Positions 26,045-39,797 of a DNA stretch of 64,000 nt are shown in pieces. The position numbers were made by a program, and so were the translations under genes. Below the pieces are notes generated by a model. That model saw only the letters and a list, made by a program, of their open reading frames with translations. It did no database searches and had not been told where the DNA came from. Origin of the DNA: Eledone cirrhosa (lineage: Eukaryota); the NCBI GenBank assembly GCA_964016885.1, contig OZ024746.1, forward strand, positions 68,138,001-68,202,000. Direction: 5' to 3'. Within the stretch, counting starts at the first letter, position 1; the number at the start of each line of letters is the position of its first letter.

Positions 26045-26480
26045 CACAGTCCACCCTGTAAGGTGGTCATGTTGGTGACATGACAAAAAGCACACAGCCT
26101 ACCCTGTAAGATGGTTGTGTTGGTGACATGACAAAAAGTACCCAGCCCATACTGTAAGGTGGTCGTGTTGGTGTCATGACAAAAAGCACACAGCCTACCC
26201 TGTAAGGCGGTTGTGTTGGTGAAACAACAAAAAGCACCTGGTCAAACCAGTAAGGTGGTCGTGCTGGTGATACAGTGAAAAAGTACACAGTCCAACCTGC
26301 CATTTGGTCATTTTGGTGTCATGATAAAAAGCATCCAGTCCACTCTGTAAATGTGGTTGGTGTTAGAAAAGGCCATAGAAATCTAGCCAGAAACAATTCT
26401 GTATGAGCAAGACATGATCACCTGATCTGACTTTTATCACAATGGTACAACTCATCTAACCCATGATAACATGGAAAATA
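26045..26480 (+). repeat. ~41-bp minisatellite (about 7 units) expanded inside an RTE/SINE-type tail
   Basis: Unit ~cacagtccaccctgtaaggtggtcgtgttggtgacatgacaaaaag, followed by the usual ggttggtgttag..catggaaaatagac tail; minus-strand relative at ~34280-34720. Confidence 0.8.
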
Positions 26481-26488
26481 GACCTTAA

Positions 26489-26710
26489 CCCTTTAGTATT
26501 TAAACTGGCTGTATCTGGCCAGAATTCTCTCACCTCTTTCTATTCAAACCGGCCGTAACTTGCAACTCATACTGATGTTAAGGTATTGTTCTCAAAATGA
26601 ATAATATCAAAATCTCATAGATTTGATATTATGTGAGTTATTATAGGAAATAATGCCTTTACTGTGAAAATACAATGGTATATATATAGAGTAATGTAAA
26701 TGCTAAAGGG
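26489..26710. mobile_element. piggyBac-type MITE
   Basis: TTAA-CCCTTTAGTATTTA ... TAAATGCTAAAGGG-TTAA. Confidence 0.75.
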
Positions 26711-26908
26711 TTAAATATTTCCTATTTAATTAAATCTTGATCTAGAAATGGAGAGGAGGAACTGTTGTAATTCAGAGTTTAAATCTCCCCAGATCAACTG
26801 GTGAGATATATAAATACAACCAGAAGCTAATAAAGAAACCAGAATCATACATTTTATGAGGAAATAAATAAAATGTCAATAGAACTATACAAAGGATGTT
26901 CACATTAA

Positions 26909-27172
26909 CCCTTTCATAACTCTAATTTTAATGAAATATACTGCTTATGATTTTCAATTAAATTTGAAAATAATGAAGTTTTGTTTTAAAGATTTGATAT
27001 TGTAAAATAACTAATTTGTTATGTTTCAGCTGATGTTTTAAACATAGTTTAACAAAATCTTGTTACATAAAATTATAAATGAAAGGTTTAAATTTCAATG
27101 TGAAAACTTTAAAACAAACAGCTTTGTATTACGGAACTAAGGGCAGTTTCAGACAGTTTGGTATGAAAATGG
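26909..27172. mobile_element. Degenerate piggyBac-type MITE
   Basis: TTAA-CCCTTTCATAAC ... GGTATGAAAATGG-TTAA. Confidence 0.5.
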
Positions 27173-30100
27173 TTAATACTACCCAATAATGGTTTCAAGC
27201 CAGATCTTAAGAAATGGATGTAGTACCTGACCACTTACTACTTTGTAAATAAAGGAGAAAGAAGCAAAACAATTTAGTCTACACTGATGAAAGAGAATGA
27301 AGAACAAATTAATAAACTCACCCTCAGCTTGAACAAAGGGCAACAGATTACTATGTTAGATTCTTCACTCCTAGTACCAACTGAACTTACGAGGCTCTTA
27401 TATAAACTCTCTGTGCTGGTTATGGTTTTTGGCAAAGTTTTCTGGCTGGATGCCCTTCCTGTCACCAATCCCTTTACAGAATTGACTGGATGTATTTCAT
27501 TGTGCCACCAGCACTAGAGAGGTTGTCTGACTTGATTGAAGACTCCTCTCTACCTTGTGTCAGTTTTAACTCAGATGGGTTGCCCTTGCTAAGGCTCGCA
27601 GAGCCCATATCCACCCTATGCAATCTTATTTATTTGGTGTGACTGCTCTCCTAGATGGGCAGCCTTTTCTGTGGTTTATCGAGCCCATGTCAAATTTTTC
27701 CTAAGATTATGAGCATTATGAATGTAAGAAAAAGTGTCAGGAAAAACTTAGTTTTTATATTAAATGGTCTGCAATAGAAGTTAGAATTACAAAGAATAGT
27801 TTTGCCTTGGTATTAGCAAAATGATCAGCAAGGTTTGGCACGTGAATCTCCTGTTAAAACTTCCTGCCAATGCTCACCAGCCATCTATTATACCCTATAT
27901 TAGTAGCATCTCATCATGCACAATATATTTCATTAGAAATCTGCTCACAGAAGTGTGAAGTAGGTACATGTAATCAGAGAACTTGGACCTCTTTCAAAGA
28001 AACATACAGTTAATCATGTCAAGATGGAGAAACACTCAATATATCATTGTTTAACAAAATTATTCACAGGATGTTATCATCAATTGATAATTAGCATTAC
28101 ATTGTTAAAGAGATGAATATAAAGTTGCTTCATGGAACAATTAACAAATATAAACAAGAGATAATTAAAAGAAGCTAAATCAAAATGTTAGTATATTTAT
28201 GCTCGTATAATGCTGTAATTAACTTGTACCCAATGTCAATTTCTGTGCCAGTAACCATTACTTTGTGGAATTCATTACAATTCAGAGTCAATGAAGAAAC
28301 CTTTGAACAAGTGTGAATGTTTAAACGTCTTAGATTTAAAAGATTTCAAAATATGTTTCAGTTACAAAATGTGTTTCACTGAACCAATGAGTAAACCTCT
28401 TTTCAGTTGTTCAACTCACCAGAATAGCAGCAAAATATTTTAAATTCCCTCTATCATCATAAAGGTGAAGGGCATTTAGGACAATATAGTCTTATTGAAA
28501 AAAAGAAAAAAATGTGATAGAGTTGAAACATCTTTGATCATAGTTGACGAAACAACAACTTATATTTCATCATTACAAGGTTGTATATAATTATTTCGAT
28601 AATACCTAATCTTTTTTTAATTATCTTAGTATTTTTGTTTCTTTCTATATAATGTAGTCAGAGGAGAAAGAAAAGCGCTTATGGCCTTTTTAGGGGTCTC
28701 TGAGACCGATAGGATGAAAAAAGGAACTTATCCCCAGAACAAAAAAGTTGACCTGAATGCTTGCAATACAGTGGAAACTGCTGAAGGTGCCAAATAATGA
28801 AGTGGTAGTGTTAATTCAGGCTACAGATTAAATCTACTACCCCAGAACAGATACAAGCTCTTTATCAAGTTTTCACATAGTTTCCATAAAAATATTTCAT
28901 TCACAAGGCCGTGGTCACTTACCAAAATTTGAAGTAGGAACCATATATTTGATAAATGAATTTCTAGTTACTTATGTCTGTGAGTGCCCAAAACATACTA
29001 GTATGATTTTTAGCTTTCACCCTTTGCATGTCAAAGATGGTTTTACTCAGGTTTTGGGAGACGCTCCTCACACACATATACACATGTGTATTACTATTGG
29101 ATGGCTGTTGACTCATGAATTCTTGTCCTTTGATGGATTATATTTTTCATCCCACAGAATGTCCAAATATCACCCTCCTCCCCAAATAAGCTTCGTGGGG
29201 TTGCCAGTTTAGTTGTTAATGACCTGACCACGCGACAGGTTGTACTGGGTTGCATGTTACTTGTAGCGCTGGAGAACAACCTGGCATGCTCTAGTTTAGT
29301 TTGTGAATCACAGGTCCAGATAAAGTAAATAAAGCAAATTTGATTAACAATATTTTGACAATATTTTGAAAATTCTTGGCTTGGGGCAACAAAACATGAA
29401 GCAAAACTGGCAGTGGAAGAGTTAACTAACTTCTTTATGTTGAAAGGTCAGTGATCATAATAATTTCAATTATATATTCTAAACAACTTGTTTTGAGGAG
29501 AAAATAAATGACAATTAACTAAAAAAAAAAAAACCTAATAAATATATGTTCTTTTAATTGAATAAATATCAATGTAAACATTTATTGAAAACTAAGGGAG
29601 TGAACAAGATTTCCTGCCACTTGTAGAATATTCAGAAAGACACACATACAAAATCAAAATTGCGTAAAATGCCTAAAGAACCTAAATACATTAATTGCTA
29701 GTATTAGAAAAACATACCAATTAAATGTGTGATATATAGTAATGTATATTGATTTTGTAGTTAGAAAAACGTCTTTAAGCCAGCTAATTGGATAACAAAC
29801 GGAAAAATAAAATAGAAAATCAATAAGGTATGTTCTGTTTTAAAATTCTCCTGACAAGCTAGTTATGAGAAATCTGAAATTTCATTTGTGTTTTCTATGA
29901 ACCTCTCTGGCACTGCTATTCCTCCTCTGAATAAATCATCATCATCAGTGTCATCAACATCATAATTAACATTATCGTTTTAACATCATTTTTTCCATGC
30001 TAGCATGAATTAAACAAGACTTTTTGGTTTCAAGGCATTATTTTAGAGGTGGATATCCTTACTGATACTATCCCTGGCATTTTATATATGGTATTGACTT

Positions 30101-30295
30101 GCAAATGACAGATGATTGAGATGTAAGACTTTAGTTTATGTGAGACATACACAAACCTCACCACTCACACATGTAATGTCAAATGCAAAGTTAAGACTCA
30201 GGGAGTAATGTATGTGGGTACAGATACACATACATATGGTCATGAAAACGAGGATGATTATATATATGTGTGTGTGTGTACAAATATATATATAT

Positions 30296-30545
30296 CAAGG
30301 AAGAATTCCCCAACGTGGGCGGTTGTTTGTACCGTGATGACGGTCTTTTGACCATGACAAAGTGTGGCCCACGTGCTTGCGACAGGTTCAGAAAAGAACT
30401 CACAGCCTTCTTTAAAGGCTTCAACCTCTCCATACAGGTTGAGGCCAACATCTCGGTCATTAATTACCTCAACGTTACCCTCAATTTGTCAAATGGCTTG
30501 CACTACCCGTATAGAAAGCCGAATGATACCCTTAATTACATAAAT
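30296..30545 (+). pseudogene. Internal fragment of a PLE reverse transcriptase (YRDDGL type, Naiad-like)
   Basis: GCLYRDDGLL...INYLNVTLNLSNGLHYPYRKPNDTLNYIN; open frame, bounded by (TA)n on both sides. Confidence 0.8.
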
Positions 30546-30556
30546 ATATATATATA

Positions 30557-30962
30557 TATCATCATCATCGTTTTACGTCCGTTCTTCCATGCTAGCATGG
30601 GTTAGATGGGTTGTCTTGTTGTGGGCAGTGTCTGGTCGGCTGACCATGCCTTGCTCATACAGGAACTGATTTTGGTTTGATTTCTACAGCTGGATGCCCT
30701 TCCTAACACCAACCTCATTTACAGTGAGTGCTGGGTGCTTTTTGCCGTGATGCCTACACGTCCACTTTACAGTGGGAGGGTCTGGGGGCATATTGTCTAT
30801 ATGCTTCAGCTTGTACTCATGGGAGGTCGGGTACTCTGTATTACTGCATGACGCCAGAGGTCACGGTCATGTGTCATCGCCTTTGAGAGGTGTAATTGGG
30901 TAAGGTCGGGTTTTATCACCTCATCCCAGGTCTTCTTGGGTCTCCCCACTCCGCGGTTTCCA
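30557..30962 (-). mobile_element. RTE LINE 3' end fragment (second subfamily)
   Basis: [16 protein letters not shown]...DRDLWRHAV plus 3' UTR and (GAT)n; relatives at 39006-39197(+) and 57487-57861(-). Confidence 0.85.
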
Positions 30963-31089
30963 TTATATATATATATATATATATACACATGCGTATATAT
31001 ATACGTATGTGTATATATATATATATATATGTACGTATGTGTATAATATATATATATTTATATATGTACGTATGTGTATAATATATATA

Positions 31090-31124
<35 letters not shown>

Positions 31125-31245
31125 GCACCCAGCACTCACTGTAAATGAGGTTGGTGTTAGGAAGGGCATCCAGCTGTAGAAATCAAGCCAGAATCAGTTC
31201 CTGTCCCACCCTTGCAAGCAGGGAAAAGCAGACGTAAAATGATGA

Positions 31246-31285
<40 letters not shown>

Positions 31286-31516
31286 TAGTATGTTTAGAAA
31301 ACAGCAAGCGAAGTTTGAAAATTGAAATAGAAGACTTCACCGTAACATTTGAGTAAATAAAATAGTTTAATAACAGGGCGTATAAACACACTGAATGGAA
31401 GAAGGGTATCCCATGTGTGCTGATACCCATCTTTTTCCTTTCAGTGGATTTATATACGCCATTATTAGACTATTTCTTTTAATCAAATGTTACAGCGAAA
31501 CCTCTCTCTCTCTCTA

Positions 31517-31980
31517 TCATCATCATCATTATCATCATCACCATCATTGTCATCATCATCATTTTACGTCCGCTTTTCCTTGCTTGCAAGGGTTGGACGG
31601 GTCCTATTCAGCACAGCATCTCTCCACTTGCCATGGTCTTTTGTCATCTCCTCGGTGAGTTTCTGCGATCTGAGGTCTGTTCTCACCACCTCCGCCCATG
31701 TTTTTCGTGGTCTACCTCTACTGCGTCTTCCTTCTACTGGGGTTTCTTGGCACTTCTTTTCGGTCATCCTCCATGCGCATCACATGTTCATACCATCTCA
31801 GCCTTCTCTCCTGCACACCACAACTTATCCCTCTTATACCCAGTTTTCTTTCTCAACTCGTCTTTGCTTGGTTGTTCACACACATTGACATGGCACATCC
31901 AACAGAGCATATTTGCTTCATTTCTCTCCAGCCATTGCATATCCTCTGCAGTTGCTGCCCATGTCTCACTACCATGCATC
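31517..31980 (-). mobile_element. Degenerate RTE LINE 3' end (third subfamily)
   Basis: MHGSETWA...LERNEANMLCWMC, GRRSRGRPRKTWAEVV...WRDAV. Its short tail (cccttgcaagca.ggaaaagcggacgtaaaatgatg) matches the tail of SINE family A. Confidence 0.85.
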
Positions 31981-33033
31981 ATCATCGTTTAACATCCATC
32001 TTCCACAGAGAGAGGGGGAGAGACAGAGAGAGTGAAGTCAAGAGAGAGGGGGGGAATTCTGCAAGATATAACTGATGCTCTTCAAACTCTGCAAATCTGC
32101 CACTTTATTATATGAGTATACTATAAAAGAAAGAATATATCTATTGACACTAAGAAACATGTACATCAGAGTCTCTTGTAATAATGGTCTATAAGTATAA
32201 AGTCATAGTTTTGGGTGTATAGAATAGTTGAGTAAATTAAATTGACTTCTGCATATGATCTCTTCTCACAATAAAAGTTACAACACAAATAAATGTTTCT
32301 GCTTTATTAGATGTCTACTATATCCATTCAATATTTCATACAACATTTATTCATTGCCTGTAATTTTTTAGATTAAACATTTCCCAGAGGAGTTTTCGAT
32401 GATTACACATCTCCACCACCTGTCACTTTCTTTCATTATACATTAACAAATAAAAAAAAAAACAATCTTAAAATGTTTGTTTTAACATCAAAGATTCAGT
32501 ATTTGTTAAATAAAAAATTTCAAAATAAATTTTATGTTATTCAAAAAGGTTTTTTGCGCAAAATATTTTGTAAGTAATGTGCATTGAATAACTGTTTTTA
32601 CTTTTGGCACAAGGCCAGCAATTATCCCAGTGCATTACTGGTACTTTATTTTATCGACCCTGTAAGGATGAAAGGCAAAGCAAACCTTGGCAGGATTTGA
32701 ACTCGGAACTTAAAGTACTGTAACTATATGCTTGCAAAACATGTGCAGCACAATATCGATACTGCCAACCCACTTCATTGAATATTATAAATAATCTGAT
32801 TAGTGAAAGTTTTGAGGTTACTGATTACATTTTTAATTAGCTATAATTATTGATAGTAGACAAAATTCTACAAATTACTGAGGATATCACCTCTAAGATT
32901 AAAAAATATGTAATAATTAGGAATATGTTTAACACTTTCATGGCCACATTAACTCTATTTCAATTAATTAATGAAGAATTCTGATGGATTTACGACAACT
33001 AATATTTCTTTACTAAGATAGTAATTTAACATA

Positions 33034-33227
33034 TGAGGGTTGACTGAAAAGTTCATAGGCTGACCAAGATACTCTTTTGGAATGAACAAATGAGGTTTAT
33101 TTTTCAACATAGTCCCTAGAAAGAAACAATGCATTGTTGAAAGGAGTTGAAATTAATGCATGTAAGATTTCACAGCCCTAGCATCAATCCTTCGTAGTCA
33201 GCCTATGAACTTTTCAGCTCAACCTCG
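33034..33227 (+). mobile_element. Tc1/mariner-type MITE
   Basis: TA-tgagggttgactgaaaagttcataggctgac ... gtcagcctatgaacttttcagctcaacctcg-TA. Confidence 0.85.
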
Positions 33228-33408
33228 TATAGTTCATATATACAATTATGTTAGAAAATTGTAATTCAAATACTTTAAAATGGGTGTTTTTATTCCAGTG
33301 ATCCTCAACTGACTTTGTCATATGTCATAGTGTAAACTTCTCTATAAAATGGCTGAGGCACATGTGACCAACTCATATCATTGATTGATACTGATTTCTA
33401 CTTCATAT

Positions 33409-33754
33409 GGAGGCACATGGCTTAGTGGTTAGAGCATTGGCCTTGCAATCGAAAGGTTGTGAGTTCAATTCTCATACCGGGTGATGTGTTGTTTCCTTGA
33501 GCAAGACACTTTATTTCACATTGCTCCAGTTTACTCAGCTGTAGAAATGAGATGATAGGACTGGGGTCCCTATCATTCCACTGTAAAGTGGTCGTGGAGT
33601 TGCCACGGATAAAAAGCTCCCACCACTCACTGTAAATGAGGTTGGTGTTAGGAAAGGCATCCAGCTGTAGAAATCAAGCCAGAATCAGTTCCCATCCCAC
33701 CCTTGCAAGCAGGGAAAAGTGGACGTAAAATGAAATGATGAAATGATGAATGAT
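33409..33754 (+). mobile_element. tRNA-derived SINE, family A
   Basis: Full-length copy. Confidence 0.85.
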
Positions 33755-35949
33755 GCCTCCCTAAGTATGCCCAGAAAACTTCAGCATTATACGTGCATTT
33801 ACCAGTGGCAAGGTCCATAAAATGATAGGAATGGTTTATAGTTTTGTAGATATAACAACGATTGCCAGATTATTATAACTTGGCCACTCATCAATGAATT
33901 TGTTTGATTCAGATGTAATATTATCAATATTCACAATTTCAATTGTCACTGAAGCAGTGGCATAGCGAAGTTTCAGCCATCTAGGTTAATCTGTAATTTT
34001 CTTGAAACACTTTTACAGTGTTGTAAATGAATTCTGAATAGTTTTACTTTTCTACTGCTCCATAGTCAGATTTTCATCATTATCATCCTTGTATCATTAT
34101 CTTTATTAATATCGTTCAAATATAGTTCAAATCCCGCTGAGGTTAACTTTGCCTTTCATCCTTACAGGGTCGATAAAATAAAGTACCAGTAATACACTGG
34201 GATAATTGCTGGCCTTGTGCCAAAAGTAGAAACAATTATCTTTATTAATATCTATCTCTTATTTTCAGAGACTATCATCCCCATCATCACCGTTTAACAT
34301 CTACTTTCTATGCTTCAGTTGATTAGACAGTCTCTAACATTATGAGGTTAGACAGATAAGGCTTGCTCATATGCTCCATTTTTGGCTTGGTTTTCTATGG
34401 CTCGATTCCCTTTCTAACACCAACCATCTCACACAATGAGTTGGGTGCTTTTGTAATGACACCAGTACGACCACCTTACAGGGTGGACTGGTTGCTTTTT
34501 TCATGGTGCCAGCACTACCACCTTACAGGGTGAACAGGATACTATTGTTATGGCCCCAACATTACCACCTTACAAGATGAGCTGGGTGCTTTTGTCATGG
34601 CACTAATATAATCACCTTACAGGGCAAATAGGTTGCTTTTTTTGTCATTGCACAAGTACATTCCCCTTACACAGTAGACTGGATGCTTCTTCCAAAGTAT
34701 GCTGGATGCTTTTTACAGGGTGGGCTAAATATATACACCCCACACTGGCCAATCTGCTTTCACTGATGGTCCCTAGTTAGTGGCAAGTTTACCAGTGGCT
34801 GGGAAATGTATATCTTTTTTAAAGTTCTTCCAGTATGATAGTCATACATAGCTGAGTTAAGCAGCAAATCAGCAGCTATGGTAAGATATTTAGAAGATGT
34901 TTAAGTAACTTGATAATAGTTCAATGGAAGGCTGATAAACTATCTATGACACTACTATATATTATTCATGAAATAAAGAAATTCCCAGCAGAGCAGAATC
35001 CCTATTTAATGTAGAACTCCAAGCTAATGGCTTTAGAATCAGTTATCTCAAGAGTTACATTGTTCCTATCAATGTAAAATTGCATCTCATTAAAAGGATT
35101 CATAGAATATAGACCAGCGGAATTACAAAACTATTAAAATACCCTACTTAATTCTATATAATAGAGATAAAATATAAGCAGAAAGTGAAAGAGAGAAGTA
35201 AAGAAGTTGTGAGTGTGTGTGTGTTTATGTGAGTGATTGTATGTGTTTGTCCATGTGTGTGTATGTGCATGTGTGTGCATGTGCGAGTGTGTGTGAGTAT
35301 ATGTATGCACAATATGTGTGTGAGTTGTTATGTTTGTGTGAGTGTGTGTATGTGTATGTTTGTGAAAGGTGACTAGTTATCAAAATTCTGAATAAAATGG
35401 AATCAAACTGCTTTTATTGGCACGAAGAAACTAAATTTGCTAAATTGTTCACTGCTTGAACATCCAATCAGCAAGCAAATGTCAACATGAGAAAAACTGG
35501 CAAAATGCCAAGTCTTTGTAACAGAATGCCAGCTATAATTATAACTTATTGATGCTAGGGTAGAAAAAGAGGAACTCCTCTTTAAAGAAGAGACTTTAGT
35601 ATTCTTATAATACACACAAAGCTATAATAGTGAAATGAAGAGACAGGTTACAATTTCAATCCACAAAAGATTTATGGTGCATGTTTCTTTGACCATTTAC
35701 CAATGAATTTTCCAATAGTTTACTTGAAAAACGTGAGACATTATAGATGAATTGACATAGATTCAATAGATTCATGTAAATAAACTGACGTAAATGACCA
35801 CTGTATATATAATCAAACACAGCATCTCTTTTCAGTGGACATACAATCAATAAAAAAAGTATTAGTGACTAGTCTATATAGTATTACTATATTGATGCTG
35901 ATAACCAGTAAACATAGAGTTAAAACGCTAATAACATATAAATAAATAA

Positions 35950-35997
<48 letters not shown>

Positions 35998-36040
35998 TAA
36001 AAATGAGAATAAACGTGCTGCGTGGTTGCTAATGGGTTAC

Positions 36041-36843
36041 ATATGAGTAAAGTTAGTCCTTCATCCGTGATCTTCCAACCATCATTGGTATTTCATCGCT
36101 TTAAAGACCATATACCTCCGGTTGGTGCGAGCAACGGCTAAAAAAAGTCGTTGGGACACGTAAATAAAGGGGACACGAGTGTAAACAAACAAAGATGGTG
36201 AAGCAACGAAAAGTGAGGATGAAGAAGTCAAGTCCCAAATTTCTATGAATATAAATTCGGTGAAATCGTGAACGAGAGAGAATAAAGACCATCAAACCTG
36301 GTTGGAATGTGAGCAAGGAAGGAATTCCGTACAGGTCTAACGGGAGGAAGAAGGGATCTAGTCTGTGAATTTCACTCACTCATTCTCTGTTACTATCTCT
36401 CCTCCTCCTCCTTCTTCCCGTTTGACCTGTGCGTAATTCTTTTCTTTCGCACCCTTGGTCTGGTAGGTCGCTTTTTTTCTCTCTCTCGTCTACGATTTCA
36501 CAGAACTTACGTTCACCGAATTCACGGACTAGACCCCTTCTTCCTCCCAGTTAGACCTGTACGGAATTCCTTCCTTGCTCACATTCCAACCAGGTTTGAT
36601 GGTCTTTATTCTCTCTCGTTCACGATTTCACCGAATTTATATTCATAGAAATTTGGGACTTGACTTCTTCTTCCTCACTTTTCGTTGCTTCACCATCTTT
36701 ATTTGTTTACACTCATGTCCCCTTTATTTACATGTCCCAACGACTTTTTTTAGCCGTTGCTCGCACCAGCCGGAGGTATATGGTCTTTAAAGCGATAAAA
36801 TACCAATGATGGTTGGAAGATCACTGATGAAGGACTAACTTTA

Positions 36844-36850
<7 letters not shown>
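36041..36850. repeat. Inverted repeat, ~330-bp arms (36041-36371, 36519-36850), ~147-bp spacer
   Basis: Mirror ORFs 36101..36379/36575..36790; arms differ by scattered substitutions; (TA)n on both sides. Confidence 0.92.
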
Positions 36851-36940
<90 letters not shown>

Positions 36941-36941
<1 letters not shown>

Positions 36942-37314
36942 GAGGCACATGGCTTAGTGGTTAGAGCATTGGCCTTGCAATCGAAAGGTTGTGAGTTCAA
37001 TTCTCAGACCGGGTGATGTGTTGTTTCCTTGAGCAAGACACTTTATTTCACATTGCTCCAGTTTACTCAGCTGTAGAAATGAGATGATAGGGACTGGGGT
37101 CCCTATCATCTCATTTCTACAGACTGGGGTCCCTATCATTCCACTGTAAAGTGGTCATGGAGGTGCCACGGCAAAAAAGCACCCAGCACTCACTGTAAAT
37201 GAGGTTGGTGTTAGGAAGGGCATCCAGCTGTAGAAATCAAGCCAGAATCAGTTCCCATCCCAGCCTTGCAAGCAGGGAAAACGGGACGTAACATGAAATG
37301 AAATGAATGAATGA
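36941..37314 (+). mobile_element. tRNA-derived SINE, family A, with a small internal rearrangement at ~37090-37140
   Basis: Full-length head and tail. Confidence 0.85.
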
Positions 37315-37471
37315 TACACACACACTTGCTAGCAAAGAAAGCAGACATTAAAATAATGATGAGGATGATGACATATATATATATGCACACACACACATAT
37401 ACATATAGTGGAAGCCAACTCGTGTCTGAGTATGGCCACTTCTTACGATAAAAAAAATAATAAATAAACAT

Positions 37472-37819
37472 ATCATCATCATCATCATCATCATCATTTT
37501 ACGTCTGCTTTTCCCTGCTTGCAAGGGTGGGACGGGAACTGATTCTGGCTTGATTTCTACAGCTGGATGCCCTTCCTAACACCAACCTCATTTACAGTGA
37601 GTGCTGGGTGCTTTTTTGCCGTGGCACCTCCACGACCACTTTACAGTGGAATGATAGGGACGCCAGTCCCTATCATCTCATTTCTACAGCTGAGTAAACT
37701 GGAGCAATGTGAAATAAAGTGTCTTGCTCAAGGAAACAACACATCACCCGGTCTGAGTATTGAACTCACAACCTTTCGATTGCAAGCCCAATGCTCTAAC
37801 CACTAAGCCATGTGCCTCC
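37472..37819 (-). mobile_element. tRNA-derived SINE, family A
   Basis: Full-length copy. Confidence 0.85.
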
Positions 37820-38949
37820 ATTATATATATATATAAATATATACACACACAATATAATATATATATAAATATATACACACACAATATAATACACACACAC
37901 ACACACACTTGCTAGCAGGGAAAGCAGGCATTAAAATGATGATGATAATGACACACATATATATATATATATATATGCACTCACATATACATACATATAT
38001 AGTGGAAGGTAACTCGTGTCCAAGTATGGCCACTTCTTAGGACAAAAAAATAAATAAATATAAAAAAACAGACATTTGCAAAGACATGTTACTGATGTTG
38101 CTGTTGTTGATGCAGCCTTAGATCGATCATCAAACCGGGAACTGACTTGCATATCATACCGCACGGAGTGCAGGCATGATAACCACCTGCTTGAGTTTTA
38201 TTGGGGTGACATTCTTTGTGGTAGCCTACTTTCAGGGCGTTCTTGTGTGCTTCTAGTAACATGTAACCCAATACAACTTGTTGCATGTTCAGGTGATCAG
38301 TGACTAAATTGTCAATTCCACAAAACTAAATTGGTGTGTGATTTTTGGACAACTTGCAAAAGGAAAAACAAAATCTGTTAAAAGACAGAGTCAACAGCCA
38401 TCCAAAAGTTTATGAAGAGAGGAAAACTCTGGTAGAAAACCCTGAATATGAATCAGTTGTTGGTTGTCCCAACCTATGTTGGGTCATCAGCTTTTCCTGC
38501 TAGTTTTCTCTGAAACATGGACATGGTTCTGTGCAAACCACGTCCACTTTAATCAAATTCATGAACAGTCCAAGCAGTCTCCACCCTGGATGCAGCACAG
38601 CCAACCAAATATTCACACTGCAGCATTTTTTATGGCATGATGCTGGCTAGTTATAAATAACAGCTTAGAAAGTCAGGTAAAATACTCCTATAGACAGAAT
38701 AAAATACCCAGTATTCACTATGAAGAATCGAATTCCATTCATTTTAAATTGTCCCCCAAAATATTCAAATTGTACCTCAAATTATTCAAATATTTTCCTA
38801 AGGAGCCTGCACCCCACATTCAGATTCATTGCTATATATAATCAAGTATGAAATCAATTATCAATATCTTCTATCATTCTTTTATGACCTGGTCAGTGAT
38901 ATTCCGTTCAACTGTATTTTATTGTGACTTGATTCTTGAGACAATAGTA

Positions 38950-39005
<56 letters not shown>

Positions 39006-39203
39006 GAAAAAGCACCCAGCACTCACTGTAAATGAGGTTGGTGTTAGGAAGGGCATCCAGCTGTAGAAATCAAGCCAGATCAGTTCCTGTATGAGCAAGG
39101 CATGGTCAGCCGACCAGACACTGCCCACAACAGGACAACCCGTCTAACCCATGCTAGCGTGGAAGAACGGACGTAAAACGGTGATGATGATGATGATATA
39201 TAT

Positions 39204-39549
39204 GGAGGCACATGGCTTAGTGGTTAGAGCATTGGCCTTGCAATCGAAAGGTTGTGAGTACAATTCTCAGACCGGGTGATGTGTTGTTTCCTTGAGCAAG
39301 ACACTTTATTTCACATTGCTCCAGTTTACTCAGCTGTAGAAATGAGATGATAGGGACTGGGGTCCATATCATTCCACTGCAAAGTGGACGTGGAGGTGCC
39401 ACGGCAAAAAAGCACCCAGCACTCACTGTAAATGAGGTTGGTGTTAGGAAGGGCATCCAGCTGTAGAAATCAAGCCAGAATCAGTTCCCGTCCCACCCTT
39501 GCAAGCAGGGAAAAAGCGGACGTAAAATGAAATGATGATGATGATGATG
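39204..39549 (+). mobile_element. tRNA-derived SINE, family A
   Basis: Full-length copy. Confidence 0.85.
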
Positions 39550-39752
39550 AAACTGTTTTTTGCCGAGAATAAGTAAGTGACATAATCACTACTTTAAAAC
39601 TCATAGCGAATGGTCTTCAAAATGTTTTTAATTAAATATACAGTATATTGCCAAATATACTATACATACATTCATGTATACATCGCTATTTCAGAGCAAC
39701 AATACTAATACATCATCATCATCATCATTTTACGCCCGCTCTTCCCTACTTG

Positions 39753-39797
<45 letters not shown>

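Noticed and set aside
26045-26350. CRISPR-like array
   Set aside because: Degenerate tandem minisatellite without unique spacers, in a eukaryotic context with no cas genes.
27283-27320. Other CTGATGA/CTGAAGA hits (also ~7747, 10556, 47467, 60643)
   Set aside because: No stem II followed by GAAA and no stem I/III pairing.
33409-33482. tRNA gene
   Set aside because: The A/B boxes are SINE heads: the cloverleaf is imperfect and continues into SINE body and tail in many copies.
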